This document shows, in pieces, positions 1 to 11,844 of a DNA stretch of 64,000 nt. The stretch comes from Eledone cirrhosa (taxonomy: Eukaryota). Location: NCBI GenBank assembly GCA_964016885.1, contig OZ024764.1, positions 5,022,001 to 5,086,000 of the forward strand, written 5' to 3'. Numbering within the stretch: the first letter of the stretch is position 1; every line of letters starts with the position of its first letter. The position numbers were made by a program, and so were the translations under genes. The notes beneath the pieces were generated by a model, which ran no database searches, had not been told where the DNA came from, and worked only from the letters and a program-made list of their open reading frames with translations.

Positions 1-400
1 TGGATGTGTAATAGTAATATACGCGAACTGCAAAGCATAAATGAATTGAGAGAGTGACTGAGCATAAGAGGAATGAAATGCTGTGTGCAGGAGAGGATGT
101 TGCATTGGACATGTGATGCGTATGAAGGATGACAGCTGTATAAAAAGGTGTAGAGCAGTAGAAGTCGATGGAAGCCGTGGAGTGGGGAGACCCAAGAAGA
201 GCTGGGATGAGGTGATAAAAGCCGGACTCACTGTAAATGAGGTTGGTGTTAGGAAGGGCATCCAGCTGTAGGAATCAAGCCAGAATCAGTTCCTGTATGA
301 GCAAGAAAAGGTCAGCTGAACAGACACTGCCCACAACAGGACAACCCGTCTAACCCATGCTTGCGTGGAAGAATGGACGTAAAACAGTGATGAAGATGAT
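1..400 (+). mobile_element. RTE-clade LINE 3' end fragment with tail
   Basis: Translation GHVMRMKDDSCIK...GRPKKSWDEVIK is typical of the RTE C-terminus. It ends in ...tggacgtaaaacagtgatgaagatgat. Confidence 0.8.
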
Positions 401-401
401 A

Positions 402-2336
402 TATCATATATGCCAGTGTACTATTTGACATTTGGAGCCTAAAAATATCTCTCCAAAACCAGGGGTCGACTTGTCTGCTGAATATAGTATGTTACCTTTA
501 CCACTGAGGGGTAAACAGTGAAACTGCCTGCCTAACACTTGTTGTACACCACTTACCATAACTCTAGCAACCCACCACATTTATTTCTACTGAATCTCAT
601 ATTTGTTAAGTTTAACGTAGAGATTATAGTAATATCAATGTCTTGCTGTAGCTTATAGGGTAGGTTACTGTTGGGTAGGTTACTGTAGCGTAGGTTACCA
701 TAGGGTAGGATAGTGTCTGGTAGGTTACCATAGGGTAGGTTACGATAGGGCAGGATACTGTAGGGTAAGTTACTGGAGGGTAGGTTACCATAGGGCAGGT
801 TACTGTAGGGTAGGATACTGTCTGGTAGGTTACCATAGGGTAGGTTACTGTAGGGTAGGTTACTGTAGTGTAGGTTACTGTAGGGTAGGTTACTATAGGG
901 TAGGTTACTGTAGGGTAGATTACTCTAGGCTAGGTTACCATAGGGTAGGTTACTGTAGTGTAGGTTACCATAGGGTAGGTTACCACAGAGTAGGTGACCA
1001 TAGGGTATGTTATTATAGGGTAGGTAACTGTAGGTTAGGTTACTGTAGGGTAGGTTACCTTATGGTAAGTTACTATAGGGTAGGTTACCATAGTGTAGGT
1101 TACCTTATGGTAAGTTACTATAGGGTAGGTTACCATAGGGTAGGTTACCTTATGGTAGGTTACTTTATGGTAAGTTACTATAGGGTAGGTTACCATAGGG
1201 TAGGTTACCTTATGGTAAGTTACTATAGGGTAGGTTACCATAGTGTAGGTTACCTTATGGTAAGTTACTATAGGGTAGGTTACCATAGGGTAGGTTACCT
1301 TAGTGTAGGTAAGAATAGGGTAGGTTACCATAGGTTAGGTTACTGTAGGGTAGGTTACCATAAGGTAGGTTACTGTAGGGTAGGTTACCATAGGGTAGGT
1401 TACTGTAGGGTAGGTTACCATAGGGTAGGTTACTGTAGGTAGGTTACCGTAGGTTAGGTTACTGTAGGGTAGGTTAACATAGGGTATGTTAGCATAGGGT
1501 TGGTTACCATAGGTTAAGTTCATATAGGTTGTTACCATATGGTAGGTTACTGTAGGGTAGGTTGCTATAGGGTAGGTTATCGTAGAGTAGGTTACCATAA
1601 GGTAGGTTACCGTAGGGTAGGTTACCTTAGGGTAGTTTACTATAAGATAGGTTACCATAGTGTAGCTTACCATAGGGTAGGTTGTTACCATAGGCAAGGT
1701 TACTATAGGGTGGGTTACCATAGGGTAGTTTATGATATGGTTGGTTACCATAGTGTAGGTTACTATAACATGTGTATAACAGGTTACCATAGTGTAGGAT
1801 ACCTTAGATTAGGTTACCACAGGATAGGTTACTGTAGGTTAGGTTACCATAGGTTAGGTTAGCAATGGGTAGGTTACTATAGGTTGTTACCATAAGGTAG
1901 GTTACTGTATGGTGGGTTACCATAGGGTAGGGTACCATAAAGTAGGTTATTATAGTGTAGGTTACCTTAGGATAGGTAACCATAGGGTAGGTTACTATGG
2001 GGTAAGTTACCATAGGGTAGGTTCCCATAGGGTAGGTTAACATAAGCTAGGTTACCTCAGGGTAGGTTACCATACCATAAAGTAGGTTACCATAGGTTTG
2101 TTAAGGTTAGGCTAGGCTGGTTTACTCGGTGAGTTAAAACTCACTTGTGACTGTAGTGTTTTAGAAGTGTCTCAATCTTTCATGCACCACTAAATTTTTT
2201 AACTATTTCCCCTGAAACTGCCTTATTTTTGGGGGTCATCTTATCAATCGAATAGCGTCCTAAATCTAAATTATACTTCAGAATTTTAGGGGCCGACTTA
2301 TGTACCGGATAGACTTGTACACCGGCATATATGGTA
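402..2336. mobile_element. Non-autonomous TIR element (MITE, Tc1/mariner-pogo-like ends) enclosing the 15-bp minisatellite
   Basis: Left end tatcatatatgccagtgtac and right end gtacaccggcatatatggta are imperfect inverted repeats, with TA at both termini and subterminal (g/c)tcgactt-like repeats. Other copies lie at about 11592-13650, 17640-19415, 31446-33484, 39359-41148 and 51575-52960. Confidence 0.6.
655..2115 (+). repeat. 15-bp minisatellite (GGTAGGTTACCATAG / GGTAGGTTACTGTAG variants)
   Basis: Directly visible tandem array, G-rich on the + strand. It generates the spurious VTYPM/VGYHR ORFs. Confidence 0.95.
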
Positions 2337-2353
2337 TATATATATATATGCAT

Positions 2354-2690
2354 GGAGGCACATGGCTTAGTGGTTAGAGCAATGGTCATGCAATCGAAAG
2401 GTTGTGAGTTCAATTCTCAGACCGGGTGATGTGTTGGTTCCTTGAGCAAGACACTTTATTTCACATTGCTCCAGTTTACTCAGCTGTAGAAATGAGATGA
2501 TAGGGACTGGGGTCCCTATCATTCCACTGCAAAGTGGTCGTGGAGGTGCCACGGCAAAAAAAGCACCCAGCACTCACTGTAAATGAGGTTGGTGACAGGA
2601 AGGGAATACAGCTGTAGAAATCAAGCCAGAATCAGTTCCCGTCCCGCCCTTGCAAGCAGGGAAAAGTGGACGTAAAATGAAATGATGAAA
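2354..2690 (+). mobile_element. tRNA-derived SINE with RTE-type 3' tail
   Basis: A box TGGCTTAGTGG, B box GAGTTCAATTC, a central ccttgagcaagacactt motif, and a tail shared with the RTE copies (cactgtaaatgaggttggtg..aggaaggg..cagctgtag). Copies lie at about 19433, 41166, 52978 and 54857. Confidence 0.75.
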
Positions 2691-2959
2691 GAGAGATAGA
2701 GAGAAAGAGAGGGAGTGAGAGAGATACATTAAAACAATAACAGAAGGTCTGACTGGAGAATTTACTTTAGAATTCCTTCACGGAAATGTCTTATTTATCT
2801 GTAACACAAACTTCAAAAAACAAGACAACCACTTAATAATCGATAGATCAAGTGAGCCCTCCAGCTAGATAGATTTCCTTGTTACCAGAAGATAGAGTGA
2901 CTGTTATAAACACAAAGTCCTTCCCTAGTGAAGAATGCACCTCCCAAAATACCTTAGAA

Positions 2960-3580
2960 TACAACCTGGAAGAAAAGAGTATAGATCAAAATCAAAAGGT
3001 CTTAAAGTCAATTTGGTAAAGACTAAAGTTCTAGTAAGTAGAAAGGAAAACTGGGCCCAGATCTCTTCAGGTAAACTGTCCTGCTCAGTGGGCAGAAAAG
3101 GAGTAGGTAGAAATTCCATCCTATGTCCCATATAGAAATGATGGGTACACAAAAGATGTTGTGGGATCTCAGGAAGGCTAACAAAGAACGTAGCTTCTAC
3201 ATGTGGCCAGTGAACAGGGGCAGGAAATATCAAGAGCTCTCGAGTTACAATCTCCTTCAAATGCCCAAATGTCTCTGCAGAGGTGGTAGATAGTTTCTGT
3301 TACTTAGGTGACTAAATCAGCAGTGGAGGAGGGTGGTCCAAAAACTCAGTAACAAGAGTGAGATTAGATTGGAGAAAGTGCAGGGATCTACTACTACTGC
3401 TAACTACAAAACATTTTTCCATCAAAATGAAGGGCAGACTGTATGATGCAGGTATACAAACAACAATGTTGCACAGCAGCGAGACCTGGGCACTGTGTGT
3501 AGAAGATCTGTAAAGATTGGAAAGAAATGAAGCCTCCATGCTTCAATGGATGTGCCATAGTAATATATGCAAATGGCAAA
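2960..3580 (+). mobile_element. Decayed RTE LINE fragment (post-RT, Cys-rich region)
   Basis: KGLKVNLVKTKVLVS...CSV..KGVGRNSILC and MKGRLYDA motifs with in-frame stops. Copies lie at about 20040, 41775, 53590 and 55465. Confidence 0.85.
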
Positions 3581-3582
3581 AC

Positions 3583-4010
3583 ATAGGTTACCATTGGGTA
3601 GGTTACTGTAGGGTAGGGTACCATAGGGTGGGTTACCATAGCGTAGGTTACTGAATGGTAGGTTACATTTCGTTAGGTTACTGTAGGGTCGGTTACCATA
3701 GGGTGGGTTACCATAGGGTAGGTTACTGTAGGGTAGGTTACCATAGGGTAGTTATGTAGGGTAGGTTACCATAGTGTAGGTTACTGTAGGGTAGGTTACC
3801 ATAGAGTAGGATACTGTAGGGTAGGTTACCATAGGTTAGGTCACTGTAGGGTAGGTTACCATAGGGTAGGTTATTATAGGGTAGGTTACCATAGGTTAGG
3901 TTACTATAGGGTTGGTTGCCATAGGGTATGTTACCATAGGGTAGGTTACTATAAGGTAGGTTACCATACCATAGGTTAGGTTACCATATGTTTGTTAAGG
4001 TTAGGCTAGG
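3583..4010 (+). repeat. 15-bp minisatellite array (short type)
   Basis: Same unit as 655-2115. Paralogues lie at about 20662-21178, 42394-42925, 54207-54620 and 56086-56498. Confidence 0.95.
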
Positions 4011-4159
4011 CTGGTTTACTCGGTGAGTTAAAACTCACTTGCGACTGTAGTGTTTTAGAAGAAGTGTCTTAATCTTTAGTGCGCCACTAAATTTTTTAAC
4101 TATTTCCCCTGAAACTGCCTTATATTTTGGGTGTCGTCTTATGAATCGAATAGTGTCGT

Positions 4160-5095
4160 ATAGGACTATCTGGCATGTTTTCTATGGCTAGATGCCCTTC
4201 CTAACACCAACCACGTTTACAGTGTGGGGACTGGGAGGTTTTTACCATGTTAACTACACGGCCAATTTACAGCGTGGACTGTGTGTTTTATTGTCATGAC
4301 ACCTACACAACCTCATTTATTTAGGACTGGATGTTGTGTGACCAACATAATTTTACAGAGATGGGGGTGGGAGTAGTGGGCTGGGGGCGTATATTTGGTT
4401 AAGAGGTGCCTACTGACTGTAGGTTTCGCTTTGTACTTAGGCAAGGGTGGTCTTCTGTATTACTGCGTAGCGCCAAAGATCTCGGTTCAGTGACATTGTT
4501 TTGGAGAGGTGTAAGTGTGTGAGATCGGAATTTATCAATTCGTCCCAGGGTTTTCTGGGTCTGCCTACTCCGTGGCTACCATCTATTTTGATCGCCCTGC
4601 ACTTTTTTATACAGCTGTCGTCTTTCATGCGCATCACGTGACCATACCAACGTAGTCTTCTCTCGAGTAAACAACATCTGATCCCTCTTATTCCTAATTT
4701 CTCACTTAGTTCATTTATGCTTTGCCGTTCACGTATATTACTATTACACATCCAGCGGAGCATGCAAACTTCATTCCTCTCCAGTCTGCGTATATCCTCT
4801 GCACACAATGCCCAAGTCTCACTGCCATGTAACATTGTTGTTCGTATGCAGGCATCATACAGCCTGCCTTTCATTTTTAGAGAGAACCCTTTAGCGGCCA
4901 ATCGTACAATGAAAAGAGCGTCTGTGATACTTTTACCTGACACAAACCCAAACTGCATTTCATCTAGATCAATTCTCTCTCTGATTAGTTGCGCTATTAC
5001 TTTTTCGGTGACCCTCATGAACTGGTCAATTAATTTAATGCCTCTATAGTTTCCCCTATCTAGGGCATCTCCTTTACCCTTGTAGCAGTTAATGA
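4160..5095 (-). mobile_element. Internally deleted RTE LINE, antisense
   Basis: ORF 4437-5150 reads CYKGKGDALDRGNYRGIKL...QFGF..GKSITDALFIVR, fused directly to LAAKGFSLKMKGRLY...RLRWYGHVMR. The RT core including YADD is deleted. Confidence 0.9.
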
Positions 5096-5228
5096 TGATG
5101 ATATATATATAAAAGAAATAGGATTTCGCTTCAAGCATATCTTTATACAATATGTATAAATATTTTGTATCTCCAAAGAAATACGGTTTTAGGAAGCCTT
5201 AGCTCTGCAAACCCTGGGGATCAAACGT

Positions 5229-5393
5229 CCTCTGGTGATGTCCAGCAGAAGCAAAGGGGACAACCGTCTATGCATTTCAGGCTTAACTGGCCATCGTCTG
5301 GACAGTCCCTCCCACTGCTTGCGACTGCTGGCCAGTTAAGCATGAAATGCATAGACGGTTGTCCCCCTTGCTTCTGCTGGACATCATCAGAGG
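5229..5393. repeat. Long inverted repeat (~65-bp arms, 35-bp spacer) upstream of class A exons
   Basis: cctctggtgatgtccagcagaagc...ttaactggcca pairs with tggccagttaa...gcttctgctggacatcatcagagg. Copies lie at about 22396, 44144, 46916, 57717 and 60535. Confidence 0.9.
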
Positions 5394-5509
5394 CCTTGAA
5401 ACCCTAAGTCCCTTTTGTTCTGTGTATGAACAGAAATAAATAATGTAATATATATATATGTATGTGTGTGTATCTATTTATATATTTAACTATATTTTTC
5501 TCATTACAG

Positions 5510-5539
5510 GAACACCACTAATTTCTCCGAAAAATTTCA
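5510..5539 (+). CDS. Putative symmetric micro-exon 1 (class A, 30 nt, phase 2-2; NTTNFSEKF)
   Basis: tttaac-tatatttttctcattacAG | gaacaccactaatttctccgaaaaatttca | GTAAGT. Length is 3n, phase 0 has a stop, and the flanks match the other class A copies while the exon differs. Confidence 0.75.
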
Positions 5540-5893
5540 GTAAGTGTTACCTTAACATACTGTCTAACCATTGTTTAATCTGCTCCTCCCTCTACCTCTC
5601 CCTTTATACACACACACACATATATACCCCTATATATATATGTATACACACACACACACAAATATATATACATATATATATACACACATATATATATAAT
5701 CACATATATATATACATATATACAAGCGAGACACGGCCTGCTGACCAATCTCGCCTTAAGTGGGACAAAACCGTCCAACCCATGCTAGCATGGAAGATAG
5801 ACTTTAAATGATGATGATATATACACACTGACACATATATATACATATATATATATACACATATATATACGCATATATCTATATATATATATA

Positions 5894-6005
5894 TGAGTTC
5901 AAGTCCGCCAAGGTTAACTTTGCCTTTCATCTTTACGAGGTCGATAAAATAAAGTACCAGTGGTGTACTGGGGTAATCGCTGGCCTTGTGCCAAAAGTAG
6001 AAACT
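5894..6005 (+). mobile_element. 5'-truncated SINE (Meta-domain-like), sense
   Basis: gagttcaagtccgcc...gcctttcatctttacgaggtcgataaaataaagtaccag. It is the reverse complement of the element at 15146-15330. Copies lie at about 23052, 44862, 47563, 58393 and 61181. Confidence 0.7.
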
Positions 6006-6115
6006 ATAATTATATATATATAACCAAAGATTAATATAGTTCGTTGATTACTCAACGAATACAGTTGTACAATAGATTAGAAGAACTCAACAGTGAAAGT
6101 TTTCCTGGACTTTTT

Positions 6116-6377
6116 AATATTAACAAATGAAAAATATTCTCATAATCAAAATATATACTTTATTATATACATTTCAAAGGTATATGACATACCTCTACGG
6201 TCTTGATTCTTCAATTCCAGTATTGCAGTCACCGCCAATACTGGAACTGAAGAATCAAGACCGTAGCGCTATGTCATAATCATATATTTTATCTGATGAG
6301 GACGTACTGAAAAAACAACAATATATATAATAAAGTATATATTTTGATTATGCGAATATTTTTCATTTGTTAACATT
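6116..6377. repeat. Nested inverted repeat (outer ~55-bp arms, inner ~30-40-bp arms)
   Basis: Outer arms aacaaatgaaaaatattctcataatcaaaatatatactttattata / tataataaagtatatattttgattatgcgaatatttttcatttgtt. Inner arms ctacggtcttgattcttcaattccagtattg / caatactggaactgaagaatcaagaccgtag. Full copies lie at about 45090 and 58615. Confidence 0.85.
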
Positions 6378-6419
6378 TTGAATAATATATATAAATATAT
6401 ATAAACATATATATATATA

Positions 6420-6458
<39 letters not shown>

Positions 6459-7639
6459 AGGTAAAATGAATAATGAAAGAGTTGCAAGCCGTTAAAACAT
6501 ATCTTTATAAAGCTCTTACATATGTTATATATATATCATCATCATCATTATATGTCCGCTTTTCCCTGCTTGCAAGGGTTGGGCTCTCACCACCACTGGC
6601 CATGTTTTTCGTGGTCTTCCTTTTACTGGGATTTTTTAGCACCTCTTTACCCAGCGGTCATCCTCGATGCGCATCACTTGTCCATACCATCTGTGTTCTC
6701 TCCTGCACACCACAACTCATCCCCAGTTTCTCTCTCAACTCATCTATGGTCTTGTCGTTCACGCACATTGACACACACACACACACACACATATATATAT
6801 TAATTCTATTGACTGATTAATAGCTCTTGTTAATTTTAAAACCATTCTGTTGAGAGCTTAATTCGTTTTGTGATATTTTGCAATAACACACATACTGAAT
6901 TCATCCGCCAAAACTAAGGGTTGCTCCCCCCCCCCCCCCTGTGAAGCCCCACGTGGGTTTTGATAACGGTCAGTCCTTGGCTTGGCACTGAACTAAAAGC
7001 CTGTTGCAAAAGTGACTTCCTTGTTCGATCATCATACAAAAAGCTTAACATTATTTGTCTAAGTAGACAGTACTTGATTTAGGAGTTGCAGAAACCCAAT
7101 ACTGGATATTACCAACCTTCCAGGGGTCCGGGTATAATTTTCCATCATATTTTATTTGTTTTACTCGAATTACTTGGTCGTGTCTATGGCTGTGCGGATA
7201 ATTGTTTAACCATCGTCTCAGTGCGTTTGGCCTTTTAACTTACGTTGTTGCTCTAGTTCACTAGCTTCTATGGAGCGTTTCCCACACATCTCGGAAGTTG
7301 TTTTTCGTTAACTTCCAATAGCAGAAATGCAATTCTCGCTAATTTATATATATATATATATATACACGTATAAGGGATAACAAAATATCGTTATAGGTAA
7401 TCCAGTTAGAGGTTGTGAATACTCTGTATTGTGGTTAGTCTTAGTCTACGGCGTTGTTTGACTCAACAAGAGGTTTCCGTAGGTGGCAAGTATTTGAGTT
7501 CTCTTGAATTCCTATGTAAGTTTTGTTGTACACCAGTTACCATAACTCTAGCAACCCACCACATTTATTTCTACTGAATCTCATATTTGTTAAGTTTAAC
7601 GTAGAGATTATAGTAATATCAATGTCTTGCTGTAGCTTA

Positions 7640-10045
7640 TAGGGTAGGTTACCATAGGGTAGGTTACTGTAGGGTAGGTTACCATAGGGTAGATAGTGTC
7701 TCGTAGGTTACAATAGGGTAAGTTACGATAGGGTAGGATAGTGTTTGGTAGGTTACCATAGGGTAGGTTACTGTAGGGTAGGTTACGATAGGGTAGGATA
7801 CTGTAGGGTAAGTTACTGGAGCGTAGGTTACCATAGGGTAGGTTACCATTGGGTAGGTTACCATTGGGTAGGTTATTATAGGGTAGGTTACCACAGGGTA
7901 GGTTACCATAGAATAGGTTACTGTAGGGTATTTTACCATAGGGTATGTTACCATAGGGTAGGTTACCTTAAGGTAGGTTACCATAGGTAGGTTACCTTAG
8001 GGTAGGTGACCATAGTGTAGGTTACCATAGATTAGGTTCTGTATGGTAGGTTAGGTTACTATAGGGTAGGTTACCATAGGGTAGGTTACGATAGGGTTGG
8101 TTGCCATAGGGTAGGTTACCATAGCGTAGGTTACTATTGGGTAGGTTACCATAGGGTAGGTTACTGTAGGTTAGGTTACGTAGGGTTGGTTACCATAGGG
8201 TAGGTTGCCATAGAGTAGGTTATTATAGGGTAGGTTACCATAAGGTAGATTACCTCAGGGTAGGTTACTGTAGGGTAGGTTACCATGGGGTAGGTTACCA
8301 TAGGGTAGGTTACCATAGTGTAGGTTACCTTAAATTAGGTTACCACAGGATAAGTTACCATATGGTAGGTTACTGTAGGTTAGGTTACCATAGGTCAGGT
8401 TACCATAGGGTAGGTTACTATAGGTTGCTACCATTGGGTAGGTTACTGTAGGGTAACATAGGTTACCATAGTGTAGGTTAATATAACATAGGTAACCATA
8501 GTGTAGGTTACTTTAGATTAGGTTACCATAGGGTAGGTTACCACAGGATAGGTTACCATAGGGTAGGTTACTATAGGTTGTTACCATAGGGTAGGTTACG
8601 ATATGGTTGGTTACCATAGTGTAGGTTACTATAACATTGGTTACCATAGTGTAGGTTACCTTAATTTAGGTTACCATAGGTTAGGTTACCGTATCGTAGG
8701 TTACTGTAGGTTAGGTTACCATAGGGTAGGTTACTATAGGGTAGGCTACCAATGATAGGTTACCATAGGGTAGGTTACCACAGGATATGTTACCATAGGG
8801 TAGGTTACTGTAGGGTAGGTTACTATAACATAGGTCACCATAGTGTAGGTTACTTTAGATTAGGTTACCATAGGGTAGGTTACCACAGGATAAGTTACCA
8901 TATGGTAGGTTACTGTAGGTTGTTACCATAGGCTAGGTTACTATAACATAGGTTACCAAAGTGTAGGTTTCTATAGGTTGTTACCATAGGGTAGGTTACT
9001 GTAGGGTAGGTTACCATAGGTTAGGTTACCATAGTGTAGGTTACTGTAGGGTAGGTTACTGTAGGGTAGGATACTGTAGGGTAGAATACTGTAGGGTAGG
9101 TTACCATAGGGTAGGATACTGTAGGGTAGGTTACTGTAGGGTAGGTTACTGTAGGGTAGGATACTGTAGGGTAGGTTACTGTAGGGTAGGATACTGTAGG
9201 CTAGGTTACCATAGGGTAGGATACTGTAGGGTAGGTTACCATAGGGTAGGATACTGTAGGGTAGGTTACCATAGGGTAGGATACTGTAGGGTAGGTTACT
9301 GTAGTGTAGGTTACTGTAGGGTAGGATACTGTAGGGTAGGTTACTTTAGGGTAGGATACTGTAGGGTAGGTTACCATAGGGTAGGATACTGTAGGGTAGG
9401 TTACCATAGGGTAGGATACTGTAGGGTAGGTTACTGTAGGGTAGGTTACTGTAGGGTAGGATACTGTAGGGTAGGTTACCATAGGGTAGGATACTGTAGG
9501 GTAGGTTACCATAGGGTAGGATACTGTAGGGTAGGTTACCATAGGGTAGGATACTGTAGGGTAGGATACTGTAGGGTAGGTTACTGTAGGGTAGGATACT
9601 GTAGGGTAGGTTACTGTAGGGTAGGTTACCATAGAGTAGGATATTGTAGGGTAGGTTACTATAGGGTAGGATACTGTAGGGTAGGTTACCGTAGGGTAGG
9701 TTACCATAGGGTAGGATACTGTAGGGTAGGTTACTGTAGGGTAGGATACTGTAGGGTAGGTTACTGTAGGGTAGGTTACTGTAGGGTAGGTTACTGTAGG
9801 GTAGGTTACTGTAGGGTAGGATACTGTAGGGTAGGTTACCATAGGGTAGGTTATTATAGTATAGGTTACCGTAGGGTAGGTTTCCATGAAGTAGGTTACC
9901 ACAGGGTAGGTTAACATAAATTAGGTTACCATAAGTTAGGTTACCATAGGGTAGGTTTCCACAAGGTATTAACATAAAGTAGGTTACCATAAGTTAGGTT
10001 ACCATAGGGTAGGTTACCATAAGTTAGGTTACCAGAGGGTAGGAA
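7640..10045 (+). repeat. 15-bp minisatellite, longest array, with a homogeneous expansion at ~9040-9840
   Basis: Directly visible tandem repeats. Confidence 0.95.
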
Positions 10046-10199
10046 CATGTCCTCACCCATTACCAACCCCAACAAACTCTGCCATTACTACTACTTCTAC
10101 TTTTCTTCTAGCCCTTACCAGCCCCAACAAACCCTGACATTATTACTACTATTGTCCTTCTAGCTATGGGCTGAGGATAAATGGGGCAACCCCAAATTA

Positions 10200-11590
10200 A
10201 TAAATGAATATGAATCCGTGAGTTACCAAGCACCCATGCAAAGCTTTAATTCAGAGACAGGAAGCATACACACCCCACTGCAAAAATTCACCCTTTCCCA
10301 CGAGTGGTGGCAAATGCCCAAAACTCCGAGTTGGAACCATCAATGTAAGCACAATGACAGGAAGAGCAGGAGAAATTGTAGAGATGCTAGAGCGAAAGAA
10401 AATTGATGTATGCTGTGTGCAAGAGACTAGATGGAGAGCAGAGTCCGCTGGAGTCCTTGCAGGCAGAAGTCAGTGCTACCAATTTGTCTGGGTAGCAAAT
10501 GACAACAGGATGGGAGGTGTAGCTATCCTATTAGCTGACAAATGGGTAGATAAGGTAATCTCAGTGAACAGGGTGAATGCAAGAATAATGAAACTTGGAC
10601 TAGTCCTGAATAAAACAATTGCCACAATAATATCAGCTTACGCACCCCAATTGGGGTTGCCAGCTGACTATAGCGGGGAATTTAGTTTAGAGGTCGGTGT
10701 CCACCAGGGCTCTGTTCTTAGCCCACTCCTGTTCGTTAAAGTATTGCAAGCAATAATGGAGGTGATTATGACCGGATGCCCATGGGAACTCCTATATGTG
10801 GATCATCTCACACTTATAGCCGAATCTATGGTGGAACTATACTTGCTCAGTATGTAGGAAAGGAGTAGGCTGGCTGCAAAAGGTTTTCTACTCAAAATGA
10901 AAAGCAGACTGTATGATGTGGGTATACGAATATCAATGTTACATAGTAGTGAAACCTGGGCACTGTCTGTGGAAGACTTGCATAGATTAGAAAGAAACGA
11001 AGCCTGCATGCTCCGATGGATTTGTAATAGTAATATACGCGAACGGCAAAGCATAAATGAATTGAGAGAGTGACTGAGCATAAGAGGAATGAAATGCTGT
11101 GTGCAGGAGAGGAGGTTGCATTGGACATGTGATGCGTATGAAGGATGACAGCTGTATAAAAAGGTCTAGAGCACTAGAAGTCGATGGAAGCCGTAGAGTG
11201 GGGAGACCCAAGAAGAGCTGGGATGAGGTGATAAAAGCCGACCTTACCCAGTTGCACCTCTCAAAGGCGATGACACAGGACCGTCACCTCTGGCATCAAG
11301 CAGTAATACAGAAGACCCGACTCCCCAGGGCTACACGCGGAAGCTGAAGCGTATGCTCCCACCCTCTCCGACTGTAAAGTGGACGTATAGGCGCCACAGA
11401 CAAAAAGCACCCAGGACTCACTGTAAATGAGGTTGGTGTTAGGAAGGGCATCCAGCTGTAGGAATCAAGCCAGCATCAGTTCCCGTATGAGCAAGACAAG
11501 GTCAGCTGAACAGACACTGCCCACAACAGGACAACCCGTCTAACCCATGCTAGCGTGGAAGAATGGACGTAAAACAGTGATGAAGATGAT
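10200..11590 (+). mobile_element. Internally deleted RTE LINE (APE endonuclease start + RT fragment + 3' end)
   Basis: LRVGTINV...DVCCVQETRW...GGVAILL...ISAYAPQ (APE) joined to GVHQGSVLSPLLF...LLYVDH (degenerate RT) and the C-terminal/3' tail. Confidence 0.9.
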
Positions 11591-11844
11591 ATATCATATA
11601 TGCCAGTGTACAAGTTGACATTTGGAGCCTAAAAATATCTCTCCAAAACCAGGGGTCGACTTGTCTGCTGAATATAGTATGTTACCTTTACCACTGAGGG
11701 GTATACAGTGAAACTGCCTGCCTAACACTTGTTGTACACCACTTACCATAACTCTAGCAACCCACCACATTTATTTCTACTGAATCTCATATTTGTTAAG
11801 TTTAACGTAGAGATTATAGTAATATCAATGTCTTGCTGTAGCTT

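Noticed and set aside
655-2115. Telomeric repeat or interstitial telomere
   Set aside because: It only loosely resembles TTAGG/TTAGGG. The true period is 15 bp with CCAT/CTGT cores, and it is embedded in a TIR-bounded element.
2354-2425. Possible tRNA gene
   Set aside because: A and B boxes are present, but there is no proper cloverleaf or acceptor stem and it continues into a SINE body and LINE-like tail.
4437-5150. 237-aa ORF kept open in four copies, a possible domesticated RT gene
   Set aside because: It is an RTE piece with the catalytic RT core deleted and an N-terminus read from flanking low-complexity DNA. Its conservation is explained by recent duplication.
7483-7515. Another 33-nt AG...GTAAGT segment (gtggcaagtatttgagttctcttgaattcctat), also at ~23908, ~46466 and ~60086
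   Set aside because: It has a weak polypyrimidine tract, a TGA stop in phase 2 (incompatible with the array) and is essentially invariant between copies. It cannot be fully excluded as a poison exon.
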